From an uncultured Candidatus Rokubacteria bacterium (GTDB lineage: Bacteria; Methylomirabilota; Methylomirabilia; Rokubacteriales; DASRDR01), in contig CAWGVS010000011.1 of NCBI GenBank assembly GCA_963826115.1, positions 160,001 to 224,000 of the forward strand: a DNA stretch of 64,000 nucleotides. The letters are read 5' to 3'. Shown here one piece after another: positions 32,620 through 43,212 of the stretch (the first letter of the stretch is position 1; every line of letters begins with the position of its first letter). The notes under the pieces are model-generated. The model made no database searches. It saw only the letters and a program-made list of their open reading frames with translations, and was not told where the DNA came from. The translations under genes and the position numbers were made by a program.

Positions 32620-33774
32620 TCAGAGGCCCGGGTCGTCCGTACGGCCGAGCGAGGCGCCGGCCACCACGTTCCGCAGCATCTGGACCGTGCCGCCAGCGAT
32701 CGTGAACATGCGGGCGTCGCGCACCATCCGCTCGAGCGGCAGGTCGCGCGAGTAGCCGCTCGCGCCGAAGATCTGGAGGGCGTCGTTCGTGACACGCATC
32801 GCCGTCTCGCTCGCCAGGATCTTGGCCATGGCGGCTTCGGTCATGTCGGGCAGCCCGTGCCCCGCGTTGGCCGCGGCGCGGTAGACGAGCTGTCGCGCGG
32901 CCTCCACCTGGAGCGCCATGTCGGCGACCATCCAGCGGAGGCCCTGGAAGTGTCCGATCGGCCGGCCGAACTGCTCGCGCTCGCCGGCGTACCGGACCGC
33001 AGCCTCGAGTGCCCCCTGGGCGAGCCCGAGCGCGACCGTGGCGGCGCCGAGCCGCTGGCCGTTGTAGGCGGCCATGAGCTGCTTGAAGCCGCCCGCCGGG
33101 AGCAGGAGATTCTCCCCGGGGACGCGGCAACGGTCGAAGACGACCTCGCCCTCCGGGATGCCCCGCATCCCCATGGCCCGCTCGCGTCGGGTGACGGCCA
33201 GGCCCGGGGTGCCGGCCTCGACGATCAGCGCCCCGATGCCCGCCGATCCGGGGATGCCGTCGAACCGGCAGAGCACCACGTAGGTCTGCGAGACGCCGGC
33301 GCCGGTGATCCAGCGCTTCGTCCCGGTCAGCATCCACGCGTCGCCGTCTCGCTCGGCGCGCGTCTCGAGCTCGGAGGCGGCCGAGCCCGCTCCGGCCTCG
33401 GTGATGGCGATGGCCGGCTTGTCCCCCTGGACCACGCGCGGCAGGTATTTCCGCTTCTGCGCCTCGGTGCCGTGGTGGACGATCGCTCCGACCGGACCCA
33501 GGTTCGAGTCGACGAGGAGACGCCCGGTCACGCCGCAGACGCGCGCGACCTGCTCGATCGCGAGCACCACGTCGAGGAGCGCCTCGCCCTGTCCGCCGTA
33601 TGCGGCGGGGATCGTCATGCCCATGAGCCCGGCCTCGACGAGCTGCTTGACGTTGTCCCAGGGATACTCCTCGCGCTCGTCCCAGCGCGCCGCCCGCCCG
33701 CGGAACTCCTGGTCGGCGAGCACGCGGGCTCGCGTTTGGACGGCCTCTTGCTCCGCGGTCAGTGGAAACCGCAT
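32620..33774 (-). CDS. Acyl-CoA dehydrogenase superfamily protein, 3-sulfinopropionyl-CoA desulfinase-like
   Basis: YPWDNV, GRLLVDSNLG, GDKPAI, MGMRGIPE, YNGQRLG, RDARMFTIAGGT; no catalytic Glu. Confidence 0.8.
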   Translation of the reverse strand: MRFPLTAEQEAVQTRARVLADQEFRGRAARWDEREEYPWDNVKQLVEAGLMGMTIPAAYGGQGEALLDVVLAIEQVARVCGVTGRLLVDSNLGPVGAIVHHGTEAQKRKYLPRVVQGDKPAIAITEAGAGSAASELETRAERDGDAWMLTGTKRWITGAGVSQTYVVLCRFDGIPGSAGIGALIVEAGTPGLAVTRRERAMGMRGIPEGEVVFDRCRVPGENLLLPAGGFKQLMAAYNGQRLGAATVALGLAQGALEAAVRYAGEREQFGRPIGHFQGLRWMVADMALQVEAARQLVYRAAANAGHGLPDMTEAAMAKILASETAMRVTNDALQIFGASGYSRDLPLERMVRDARMFTIAGGTVQMLRNVVAGASLGRTDDPGL

Positions 33775-33817
33775 GTCGCCCCCTTGCGCGCCCCAGGCGC
33801 GCACGTTGACAGCCGCG

Positions 33818-33847
33818 ACTGTAGGGCCAGCCGGCGGCGGGGGTCAA
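33818..33847 (-). promoter_or_regulatory. Sigma70-type promoter of the desulfinase-like gene
   Basis: Minus strand TTGACC-18nt-TACAGT. Confidence 0.45.
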
Positions 33848-33848
33848 G

Positions 33849-33882
33849 GCGCCGCGATGCGAGATGCGCCGCGATGCGAGAT
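33849..33882. repeat. Exact 17-bp tandem duplication GCGCCGCGATGCGAGAT x2
   Basis: Read directly at 33849-33865 and 33866-33882, in a divergent promoter region. Confidence 0.9.
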
Positions 33883-33931
33883 CGGACACCGTGACACAAT
33901 GTCTCCAAACGGAGCGACCCCCGCCGTGGCG

Positions 33932-33957
33932 GGAACGCCGCGGCTTGCCGGCGCGTT
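33932..33957 (+). promoter_or_regulatory. ECF sigma-type promoter
   Basis: GGAAC-N17-CGTT, 56 nt upstream of the TPR gene ATG. Confidence 0.5.
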
Positions 33958-34012
33958 CCAGAAATAGGACCGGGCCCGCCCCGACGCGCGCCCGTCCGGT
34001 TGGAGGACACAC

Positions 34013-34603
34013 ATGAACGGACGATGGTCGACCTCGGCCGCGCTTGCGGCGTGGGCCCTCGGCGCTGGGTTTGCGGCACTCCTGCTCCTGGCCTCTCCCT
34101 CGGGAGTGAGCGCCGATGGGGGAGGCGGGGGTGGTGGCGGCGGCGGGGGTGGCGGTGGTGGGGGTGGGGGAGGCGGCGGGAGCCAGGAGAGGTCCGCGAC
34201 CGCGAAGCCGGCGGATCCGGACTACACCGCCGGCGTGAGGGCGATCGACGCCGGCCAGTACGCGACGGCGATCCCGCTGCTGCAAAAGGCCGTCGCGCGG
34301 GACGGCACCAATGCGGACGCCTACAACTGGCTCGCCTACGCCACGCGCCGGAACGGGGACCCCGCCGCGGCGATCCCGATCTACGAGAAGGCGCTCGCGC
34401 TCGATCCCAAGCACCGGGGCGCCCACGAGTACATCGGCGAGGCGTACCTCACGCTCGACAACCTGCCGAAGGCCAAGGAGCACCTCGCCCGCCTCGACAA
34501 GCTCTGCTTCTTCCCGTGCTCGCAGCACAAGGATCTCAAGAAGGCCGTCGAGGCGTACGAGACGAGCGGAGGGAAGATCAAGCCGACCGCCGCCTCCCGC
34601 TGA
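34013..34603 (+). CDS. Secreted TPR protein with poly-Gly tract
   Basis: Signal peptide, 21 Gly, TPR motifs NADAYNWLAYA and HRGAHEYIGEAYL, C-terminal CxxxC; RBS GGAGG. Confidence 0.85.
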   Translation: MNGRWSTSAALAAWALGAGFAALLLLASPSGVSADGGGGGGGGGGGGGGGGGGGGGSQERSATAKPADPDYTAGVRAIDAGQYATAIPLLQKAVARDGTNADAYNWLAYATRRNGDPAAAIPIYEKALALDPKHRGAHEYIGEAYLTLDNLPKAKEHLARLDKLCFFPCSQHKDLKKAVEAYETSGGKIKPTAASR

Positions 34604-34749
34604 CCGCCATCCCTCGCTCGACCTGACCTTCCTCCCGCTCCCGGCAGGCGGTGGCTCTGCCGGGAAGTCCGCGGGATTCGCCGGGTCGCCGATGGTAGAC
34701 TGCCGTCGGCCGCCCGGCGATCCGCCCGAGCGGCAACGATGGATCGCTG

Positions 34750-36738
34750 ATGACCGAGCTGACCGGCTGCCGCCCCATGGTTCCGGAGGATCTGCTCCGG
34801 ATCCGGTTCGCCGGCGATCCTCAGTTCCATCCCGACGGACGGCGCATCGCCTTCGTCGTCACCACCATGTCCGAGGCGCGGGACGAGTACCTCTCCACCA
34901 TCTGGGTCGTGAACGTGGATGGCGGCGATCCGCGCCCCTTCACCCAGGGGCCGCGTCGCGACACCGCGCCTCGCTGGTCCCCCGACGGCCGACGGCTCGC
35001 CTTCGTCTCCGAGCGGGAGAAGAAGGGGAAGGGCCAGCTCCACGTGATGCCCGCGGATGGAGGGGAGGCCGTGCGGCTGACGGACCTCAAGCCCGGCGTG
35101 ACGAGCCCGGTCTGGTCCCCGGACGGGCGCTGGATCGCCTTCGTCTCGCGGGTCGGCGGCTGGGAGGAGCCCACGGACGAAGAGGAGCGCGAGCGCTCCA
35201 GGCCGCCGCGGATCATCGACGTCCTCAAGTACAGGTCGAACGGCGTCGGCTTCATCTACGACCGGCCGCAGCAGATCTTCGTGGTCTCCGCGGATGGCGG
35301 GCCGGCGCGGCAGCTCACCGGCGGGACCTTCGACAATCACCATCCGGCGTGGGCGCCCGACGGCCAGCGAGTCGCCTTCGTGTCCGCCCGCCACGCCGAG
35401 CGGGACGAGGATGGGGCCGCCGACGTCTTCACGGTGCCCGTCGGGGGCGGCGAAGCGCGCCGGCTGACGCGGACCGAGGGACCGGTGTCGTGGCCGGCCT
35501 TCTCGCCGGACGGCCGGACGGTCGCCTACGTCGGGCATACGGATGCGCGCGGAGTCTCGCGTCACTCTCGCCTGTACGTGGTGCCCGCCGACGGGGGCGC
35601 GTCGGCGGGCCTGACCGCGGCGCTCGACCGGAACTGCGAGCCGATGATGGGCGCGGTGGGTCCCCAGTGGCTCGGAAGAACGGGTGCGCTCCTGTTCCAG
35701 GTGGAGGACGAGGGCGACGTGCCCCTCTACCGGATCGCGGTGGCGGGGGACGCCGCTCCTGAACGTCTCATCGGCGGGACCCGCCAGGTGACCGCCTTCT
35801 CCGCAACCGGAGACGGCGCCGTCATCGCCTTCACCGCCACGGACGACACGTCGCCCCCGGAGGTCTTCGTGTGCCGGGCCGACGGGACTGGCGAGCGCCA
35901 GCTGACGGATCTGAACCGGGACTGGAAGGCGGAGGTCGCGCGGGCGCGCCCGGAGCGCTTCCGGTTCGAGCGCGCAGGGTTCAGCGTCGACGGCTGGGTG
36001 ATGCCGCCGTTCGGACGGGAGGCGGGCCGGCGCTACCCGCTGCTGCTCAACATCCACGGCGGGCCCGCGAGCCAGTACGGTCACCGGTTCTTCGACGAGT
36101 TCCAGGTGTATTCCGGCGCAGGCTACGCCGTCGTGTACCTGAACCCTCGGGGCAGCCGCGGGTACAGCGAGGCGTTCGCGCGCGCGGTCGTGGGGGACTG
36201 GGGCGGCGGCGACTATGCCGACCTGATGGCCGGGCTCGACGAGGCGCTCCGCCGGTTCGACTTCCTCGACGCCGGTCGGCTCGGGGTGATGGGCGGCAGT
36301 TACGGCGGGTTCATGACGAGCTGGATCGTCGGCCACACCGACCGCTTCCGGGCGGCCTGCTCCGAGCGCGCCGTCAACGCGATGTGGAGCATGTACGGGA
36401 CCAGCGACATCGGCTTCTGGTTCCAGGAGGCCCATGCCGTGGGGCGGCCGCCGTGGGAGGACCTGCGCTGGTATCTCGAGCGCTCCCCGCTCTCCTACGC
36501 GAAGGACATTCGCACCCCGCTCCTGATCGTGCACTCCGAGAGCGATCTCCGTTGCCCGATGGAGCAGGCGGAGCAGCTCTACGTGGCGCTCAAGAAGCTC
36601 AAGCGGACGGTTCGCTTCGTGCGGTTCCCGGACGAGGACCACGAGCTCTCCCGCTCCGGCCGGCCGCGCCACCGGCTCGCCCGGTTCCGGATCCTGCTGG
36701 ACTGGTTCGCCGAGCACCTGCCCCCGGGACCGTCCTGA
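34750..36738 (+). CDS. S9 family peptidase (acylaminoacyl-peptidase/DPP type) with PD40 propeller
   Basis: Repeated WSPDG, IHGGP, GGSYGG nucleophile, D-LRC, EDHELSRSG. Confidence 0.95.
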   Translation: MTELTGCRPMVPEDLLRIRFAGDPQFHPDGRRIAFVVTTMSEARDEYLSTIWVVNVDGGDPRPFTQGPRRDTAPRWSPDGRRLAFVSEREKKGKGQLHVMPADGGEAVRLTDLKPGVTSPVWSPDGRWIAFVSRVGGWEEPTDEEERERSRPPRIIDVLKYRSNGVGFIYDRPQQIFVVSADGGPARQLTGGTFDNHHPAWAPDGQRVAFVSARHAERDEDGAADVFTVPVGGGEARRLTRTEGPVSWPAFSPDGRTVAYVGHTDARGVSRHSRLYVVPADGGASAGLTAALDRNCEPMMGAVGPQWLGRTGALLFQVEDEGDVPLYRIAVAGDAAPERLIGGTRQVTAFSATGDGAVIAFTATDDTSPPEVFVCRADGTGERQLTDLNRDWKAEVARARPERFRFERAGFSVDGWVMPPFGREAGRRYPLLLNIHGGPASQYGHRFFDEFQVYSGAGYAVVYLNPRGSRGYSEAFARAVVGDWGGGDYADLMAGLDEALRRFDFLDAGRLGVMGGSYGGFMTSWIVGHTDRFRAACSERAVNAMWSMYGTSDIGFWFQEAHAVGRPPWEDLRWYLERSPLSYAKDIRTPLLIVHSESDLRCPMEQAEQLYVALKKLKRTVRFVRFPDEDHELSRSGRPRHRLARFRILLDWFAEHLPPGPS

Positions 36739-36776
36739 GGACGCGCCTACCCACACGGGTCTGCTACACTCGCGTG

Positions 36777-37043
36777 GTGAGCAGGTCAAAGATCCCTACG
36801 GTGCGACTGAAGCGGCGCAAGGGTGGCTCACCGGCACAGGCTCGCTCGCGATCCGGTGGTGCCGCTACCGTTGCAACCAATGACTTCGGCGTCATCACCG
36901 TGTCGATGAGGACCAAGTCTGGTCTGGTCACCGTCATTCGAAGCAGTCGGACGGGTCGCTTCACCGCTGCGAAGTCTGCCAAGGTGATCGATAGGGGTGC
37001 GGAACGGTTCGCGAGCACCCTGAAGCGTCTCGCCACGAAGTAG
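36777..37043 (+). CDS. Small basic protein, probable antitoxin of a Doc/Fic module
   Basis: 88 aa ending AERFASTLKRLATK; extended -10 TGcTACACT with GTG at the expected +1; followed by a Doc-like fragment. Confidence 0.5.
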   Translation: MSRSKIPTVRLKRRKGGSPAQARSRSGGAATVATNDFGVITVSMRTKSGLVTVIRSSRTGRFTAAKSAKVIDRGAERFASTLKRLATK

Positions 37044-37055
37044 CCGGGCGACTGA

Positions 37056-37185
37056 CTGAAGCACTACCGGGTGTCCTTCGTGACGTTCTCGATGCACATC
37101 AGCGTGCATTGGAGACCGGAGGGGCACCGGGCATTCTCAGCGCGGACGCCATTCAGCCCGCGATCGGACGACCGTATTCGGGCTC
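37056..37185 (+). pseudogene. Truncated Doc/Fic-family toxin N-terminus
   Basis: With one base restored: LKHYRVSLRDVLDAHQRALETGGAPGILSADAIQPAIGRPYSG; no HPFxDGNKR motif follows. Confidence 0.55.
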
Positions 37186-37192
37186 GAGAGTC

Positions 37193-38326
37193 TTGATCCG
37201 GCTCGTCCTGGTGGGCGGCGGTCACGCCCACCTCCACGTCCTGGCCGACCTCGCCGCCCGGCCGTTGCCCGGCGTCGACGCGACGCTCGTCTCGCCGTCG
37301 GCCTGGCACCACTACTCGGGGATGGTGCCGGGCTTCCTCCAGGGCGGGTACACCGAGGCGGATCTGGCGATCGACCTCGCCGCGCTCGCGGCCCGCGCCG
37401 GGGCGCGGTTCCTCGAGGCCACGGCCGAGCGAATCGACGTCGGCGGACGCACCGTGGATACGGGCGAGACCAGGCTCCCCTTCGACATCCTGTCGCTCGA
37501 CGTGGGCGCGGCTCCGGCCGGCCTCGACGTCCCGGGCGTTCGGGAGCATGCGGTGAGAGTCCGGCCCATGCGCCAGGCGGCCGCGCTCCGGGCGCGGATC
37601 GACGCGCTGGCGACTCGCGCGCGCCGCGGCCCCGTGCGCGTCACGGTCGTGGGCGCCGGCGCCGGGGGGGTCGAGGTCGCGCTCGCTCTGCACCGGCGTA
37701 TCCGGGCGGCTGGCCCACGCCCGGAGGTGTCGCTGATCGAGGGCGCTTCCGACGTGCTCCCCGACTACGCGACACCGGTGCGCCGCCGCGCCGCGGCGAT
37801 CCTCGCCCGGCGCGGCATCGCGGTCACGCTGGGCAGCGCGGTGAGCCGGGTGGACGCGGGCGCCGTCCAGCTCGCGAACGGGACGCGCGCGGCCACGGAC
37901 CTCGTGGTCTGGCTCACCGGCGCGGCCAGCCCGGCCGTGCTCGCGGATGCGGGACTCCCGCTCGACGCTCGAGGTTTCCTGCTCGTCGACTCGACGCTTC
38001 GGGCTGTGAGTGGCGCGCCCGTCTGGGGTGCGGGCGACTGCGCGACGCTGGCGGATTACCCCGAGACCCCGAAGGCGGGCGTCTACGCCGTCCGCCAGGG
38101 GCCGTTCCTGGCGCGTAACCTGCGCGCGGCCCTCGCCGGCGGGAGACCCGCGGCGTACGTCCCGCAGCGGACCTTCCTGTCGCTCGTCAACACCGCCGAC
38201 GGCAAGGCCCTCCTCCGCTGGCGCGGGCTCGTCAGCCACTCGCGCTTCGCGTGGTGGCTCAAGGACCGCATCGACCGGCGCTTCGTCCGGCGCTATCGTG
38301 TGCGGGCGCAACTCCCTCTTGCGTGA
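37193..38326 (+). CDS. FAD-dependent pyridine nucleotide-disulfide oxidoreductase (domain found N-terminal to SelD)
   Basis: LVLVGGGHAH, YSGMVPG, GAGAGGVE, GAGDCA, PKAGVYAVRQGP, WWLKDRIDRRF. Confidence 0.85.
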   Translation: MIRLVLVGGGHAHLHVLADLAARPLPGVDATLVSPSAWHHYSGMVPGFLQGGYTEADLAIDLAALAARAGARFLEATAERIDVGGRTVDTGETRLPFDILSLDVGAAPAGLDVPGVREHAVRVRPMRQAAALRARIDALATRARRGPVRVTVVGAGAGGVEVALALHRRIRAAGPRPEVSLIEGASDVLPDYATPVRRRAAAILARRGIAVTLGSAVSRVDAGAVQLANGTRAATDLVVWLTGAASPAVLADAGLPLDARGFLLVDSTLRAVSGAPVWGAGDCATLADYPETPKAGVYAVRQGPFLARNLRAALAGGRPAAYVPQRTFLSLVNTADGKALLRWRGLVSHSRFAWWLKDRIDRRFVRRYRVRAQLPLA

Positions 38327-38345
38327 TCGGAGAGGGCGGCCTACG

Positions 38346-38627
38346 GTGGTCCACGGATTCCGAGCGCCTCGGGCGGGAGGGAGGACGGCGGGCCATGGGA
38401 CGTCGAGCCCTGTCTGGTCCGGCGCGGTGCTGGTCGGGCTCATCGTTCAGCAGAGCGCGGTCCGGTGGTTCGGTCCCGACGCCAACCGCTGGCTCGGCGC
38501 GGCCCTTCTCGCTGCGCTCCTTCTGTCCGTGCCGGCGATGCTCCTGGGAAGCCGTGTCGAGGGGATGAGCCGGTGGCGCCGGTGGCGCGAGGCGCGTCGG
38601 CGCGCCTTGAAGCACCACCGCAGCTGA
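38346..38627 (+). CDS. Possible small membrane protein
   Basis: Two hydrophobic stretches and basic C-terminus; start uncertain. Confidence 0.3.
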   Translation: MVHGFRAPRAGGRTAGHGTSSPVWSGAVLVGLIVQQSAVRWFGPDANRWLGAALLAALLLSVPAMLLGSRVEGMSRWRRWREARRRALKHHRS

Positions 38628-38710
38628 TCTAGCTCGCCACGTCCTCCGGCGCGACCGCGAGGCTGTGCGCTCCGGCGAACCAGGGAGCGATGGAGCGTCG
38701 GCGAATCAGG

Positions 38711-39421
38711 TCAGCCTCTCCCGCCCGGTGCGCCGCCGGCCGGCACTCCGTAGTACCAGCGGTGCAAGCGGTCCGGCCCGACCCCGCAGAAGTGGAGGAC
38801 GCGCAGCGTCCACATGAGGACGACCGTCCGCGCGACTCCGTGCTGCTCCCATCGCCGGGCTGAGGTCGTGACTCGGAGCCCCAGCGGAGCGAAGCCGCCG
38901 ATGCGCTTCAGGCGACGCGTCAGCTCGACGTCCTCCATGAGCGCGATGTCCGGGTAGCCGGCCAGGCGTTCGAACGCCGCGCGGCGGACGAAGACCGCCT
39001 GGTCTCCCGTGCAGATGCCCGTCAGGCGCGAGCGGAGGTTCATGAGCCAGGCGATCAGGCGGAACGCCGGCCCGGGTCTGTCGAAGCGGACGTCGAAGCG
39101 GCCGTAGACGACCGAGGGGTCGACGAGGGCGCGCCGGACGGCCTCGACCGCCCCGGGCGGCAAGCGCGTGTCGGCGTGGAGGAAGAGGAGGATCTCGCCG
39201 GTGGCCGCGGCGGCGCCCGCGTTCATCTGGCGCGCCCGGCCACGGTCGCTCGACACGAGACCGACGCCCCGGGCCTGCCCGGCGATCTCCACGCTTCCGT
39301 CCCGGCTTCCGCCGTCCGCGACGACCACCTCGACACCGGCGCAGTCGCGGGCGAGCTCCGCCAGCAGGGCCTCGAGGCGGCTGGCCTCGTCGAGAACGGG
39401 AATGACGATCGAGAGTTTCAC
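38711..39421 (-). CDS. Family 2 glycosyltransferase, rSAM/arsenosugar-associated (TIGR04283-like)
   Basis: SIVIPVLDE, DGGSRD, GRARQMNAGA, LFLHADT, TGDQAVF, LMEDVEL, TSARRW. Confidence 0.9.
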   Translation of the reverse strand: MKLSIVIPVLDEASRLEALLAELARDCAGVEVVVADGGSRDGSVEIAGQARGVGLVSSDRGRARQMNAGAAAATGEILLFLHADTRLPPGAVEAVRRALVDPSVVYGRFDVRFDRPGPAFRLIAWLMNLRSRLTGICTGDQAVFVRRAAFERLAGYPDIALMEDVELTRRLKRIGGFAPLGLRVTTSARRWEQHGVARTVVLMWTLRVLHFCGVGPDRLHRWYYGVPAGGAPGGRG

Positions 39422-39433
39422 GGCGCGGCCGGC

Positions 39434-40141
39434 TCAGCGGTCCGGGGCGAGGAGCTCCCTGGCCGCCAGGCTCCTTCGCGTGAGCCACTGGGGCACGAGC
39501 GACACGAGGACGATCAGGGCGGCTGCGGCGGCGAGGGTCCACGCGATCCCGGCGGGACTGCTCCCGCCGGAGAGCGCGCCGCCCGCCAGGGTGAACGCGA
39601 TGGTGCCCGGCAGCATGAACACGGCCGACACCCCGACGTACGTCCAGAAGGGGATGCGCGTCAGGCCGTACGCGAAGTTCTGGAGGTTGAACGGGAAGAG
39701 CGGGACGAGGCGCGTGACCATCAGGATGCGCCAGCCGTGGCGCTCGACGGCGGCGTCGATCCGCGCCACGCGGGGACGGCGAGCCCGCCAGCGCTCGACC
39801 GTGTCCCGCGCGAGATGCCGGGCGATCAGGAACGCGAGCGCGGCCGCGAGGGTGGCCGCGATCCACGTGTACACCGTGCCCCAGACCGGGCCGAACACGA
39901 GGCCGCCCAGGAGCGTCAGGGGAAGGGCGGGGACGAAGAGGAGCTCGGCCACCACGTAGCCTCCCACGTAGAGGAGGGGCCCCCAGGCCCCGTAGGCCTC
40001 GATCGCCGTCCTCACCCGCGCAAGCCGCTCCGGCCGCACCCAGTCGTAGACCCCGAGGGCCCACGCGAGGATGCTCGCCGCCAGCAGGCCGAGCGCGAGG
40101 ATCGCGAGCCTCGCGGAGCCCCCGGTGGGCGCCTTCCTCAC
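39434..40141 (-). CDS. TVP38/TMEM64 (DedA/SNARE-associated) membrane protein
   Basis: LTLLGGLVFGPVWG, RLVPLFPFNLQNFAYGLT, MLPGT. Confidence 0.9.
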   Translation of the reverse strand: MRKAPTGGSARLAILALGLLAASILAWALGVYDWVRPERLARVRTAIEAYGAWGPLLYVGGYVVAELLFVPALPLTLLGGLVFGPVWGTVYTWIAATLAAALAFLIARHLARDTVERWRARRPRVARIDAAVERHGWRILMVTRLVPLFPFNLQNFAYGLTRIPFWTYVGVSAVFMLPGTIAFTLAGGALSGGSSPAGIAWTLAAAAALIVLVSLVPQWLTRRSLAARELLAPDR

Positions 40142-41660
40142 CGCGTCCACCTGAGCCACGCTCCGAGCGCCGCGCGCACGAAGGGCGTCAACCGCGTCCG
40201 CTGGTACTGATCGGCGACGTGGCGGACGGCCTCGGCCTGCGTCGGGTAGGGGTGGATCACGCCCGCGAGCCGGCCGAGCCCCACGCCGGCGACGATGGCC
40301 AGCGTCACCTCGCTGATCATCTCGCCGGCCCGCCGGGCGACGATGGTCGCGCCGACGATCCGGTCGGTGCCGCGCCGCACGTGCACCTTGACGAAGCCCT
40401 CCGTCTCGCCATCCGTGCGCGCGCGGTCCACGTCCTCGAGGCGGCGCACCAGCGTGTCGATCGCGAGACCGCGCTCGCCCGCCTCCCGCTCGTTGAGCCC
40501 GACGCGCGCCACTTCCGGGTCCGTGTACGTGCACCACGGCATGACGAGCCGGCTCACCCGGCGGCGGCCGGCGAGGCCGAAGAGCGCGTTCTGGACTACG
40601 ATCCGCGCGGCGGCGTCGGCGGCGTGAGTGAACTTCCAGCCGAGGCACACATCGCCGGCGGCATAGATGCGGTGGTTGGTCGTCTGCAGGTGGTCGTCCA
40701 CGACGACCCCCTCCTTCGTGTGGCGCACACCTGCCGTCTCCAGGCCGAGCCCCTCGACGTTCGGCACGCGGCCGGCCGCGACGAGAATCTCGTCGGCCGC
40801 CACGGTCTCCTCTCGTCCATTCTCCCGGTAGCGGAGGATCTTCTTCTTTTCCTCGCGTGCGACGCCGGTGACCTCGACGCCGAGGACCAGGCGCACTCCG
40901 TCGCGGAGGAGCGCCTCACGCACGATCTCGGCCGCATCCCGATCCTCGCGCGGCAGGAGTTGCGGCGCGTCGCTCAGGAGGGTCACCGCGGCGCCCAGAC
41001 GGCGGAGCGCCTGGGCCAGCTCGCACCCGATCGGCCCGCCGCCCACCACGGCGAGGTGACCGGGCTGCTCGGTCAGCTCGAAGACCGTCTCGCTCGTGAG
41101 GAATCCCGTCTCGGCGAGGCCGGGGATCGGCGGGTGCCCGGGCCGCGCTCCGGTGGCGACGACGGCCCGCGCGAAGCGGAGGGTCCGGCCGCCGACCGCC
41201 AGCGCGTCGGGTCCGGTGAACGCGGCGTCGCCGAGGAAGACGTCGACGCCGAGCTCCCGGGCGAAGCGCCAGGCGGAGTCATGCGGGCTGATCTCCGCGC
41301 GGATCCGCCTCATCCGCGCCATGACGGCCCCGAAGTCGACCGCCGCTCCGCCGGGAACCTCCACGCCGAACCTCGCGGCCTCGCGGAGCTCGCCGATGAC
41401 CCGCGAGGACCGGATGACGGCCTTCGAGGGAACGCAGCCCGTGACCAGGCAATCGCCCCCCATGAAGTGCCGCTCGACCAGGGCGACCCGGGCGCCGAGG
41501 CCCGCGGCGCCCGCAGCAGTCACGAGCCCCGCGGTCCCGGCGCCGACCACCACGACGTTGTACCGCCGGGCGGGCACCGGGTTCTGCCAGCCGGGCGGGT
41601 GGACGTTCTGGATGAGGGTCCGGTTGTGGACGTCGTCCGGGAGCAGTCTGGGCGGCTGAT

Positions 41661-41664
<4 letters not shown>
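40138..41664 (-). CDS. Mercuric-reductase-like flavoprotein disulfide reductase
   Basis: NVHPPGW, GAGTAG, GGDCLVTGCVPSK, GGGPIGCE, HPYPTQAE; lacks the C-terminal Cys-Cys of MerA. Confidence 0.85.
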
Positions 41665-42776
<1,112 letters not shown>

Positions 42777-42777
<1 letters not shown>

Positions 42778-43112
42778 TATGCCATCCCCGCGTGCCGCGC
42801 GTGCTCGAGCATCTGGACGCCGTGGACCAGCGAGGCGCCACCCCGGATGGCCGCGGCCACGTGGACCGCCTCCGTCATCTGCTCGAGATCGGAGCCCTTC
42901 TCGAGGCACGTCTTCGTGTACGCGTCGATGCAGTAGGGGCACTGGACGGCGTGGGCCACGCCGAGCGCGATCAGCGCCTTCTCGCGCTCGCTGAGGGCGC
43001 CCTCGGCGAAGACCGCGTTGTACCAGGCGAAGAATTTCTCCGCGAGGTCCGGGTTCCCCTCAGCGATGGTTCCGAACTTCCCGAGGTGCTCGGGCGCGTA
43101 ATAGCTTCCCAT
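42777..43112 (-). CDS. AhpD/CMD-family peroxidase-like protein associated with arsS
   Basis: YYAPEHLGKF, EGALSEREKALIAL, QCPYCIDAY, IRGGASLVHGVQM; RBS AAGGAG. Confidence 0.9.
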
Positions 43113-43212
43113 CGACGATCTCCTTGTGGTCCCGGCGCCCCCCCGTCCATCAGGGCACTCCCGGGCGTCGAGATTCCGTTTCATGCGACGGCGCGCCGGT
43201 GGATCCGCCGCG

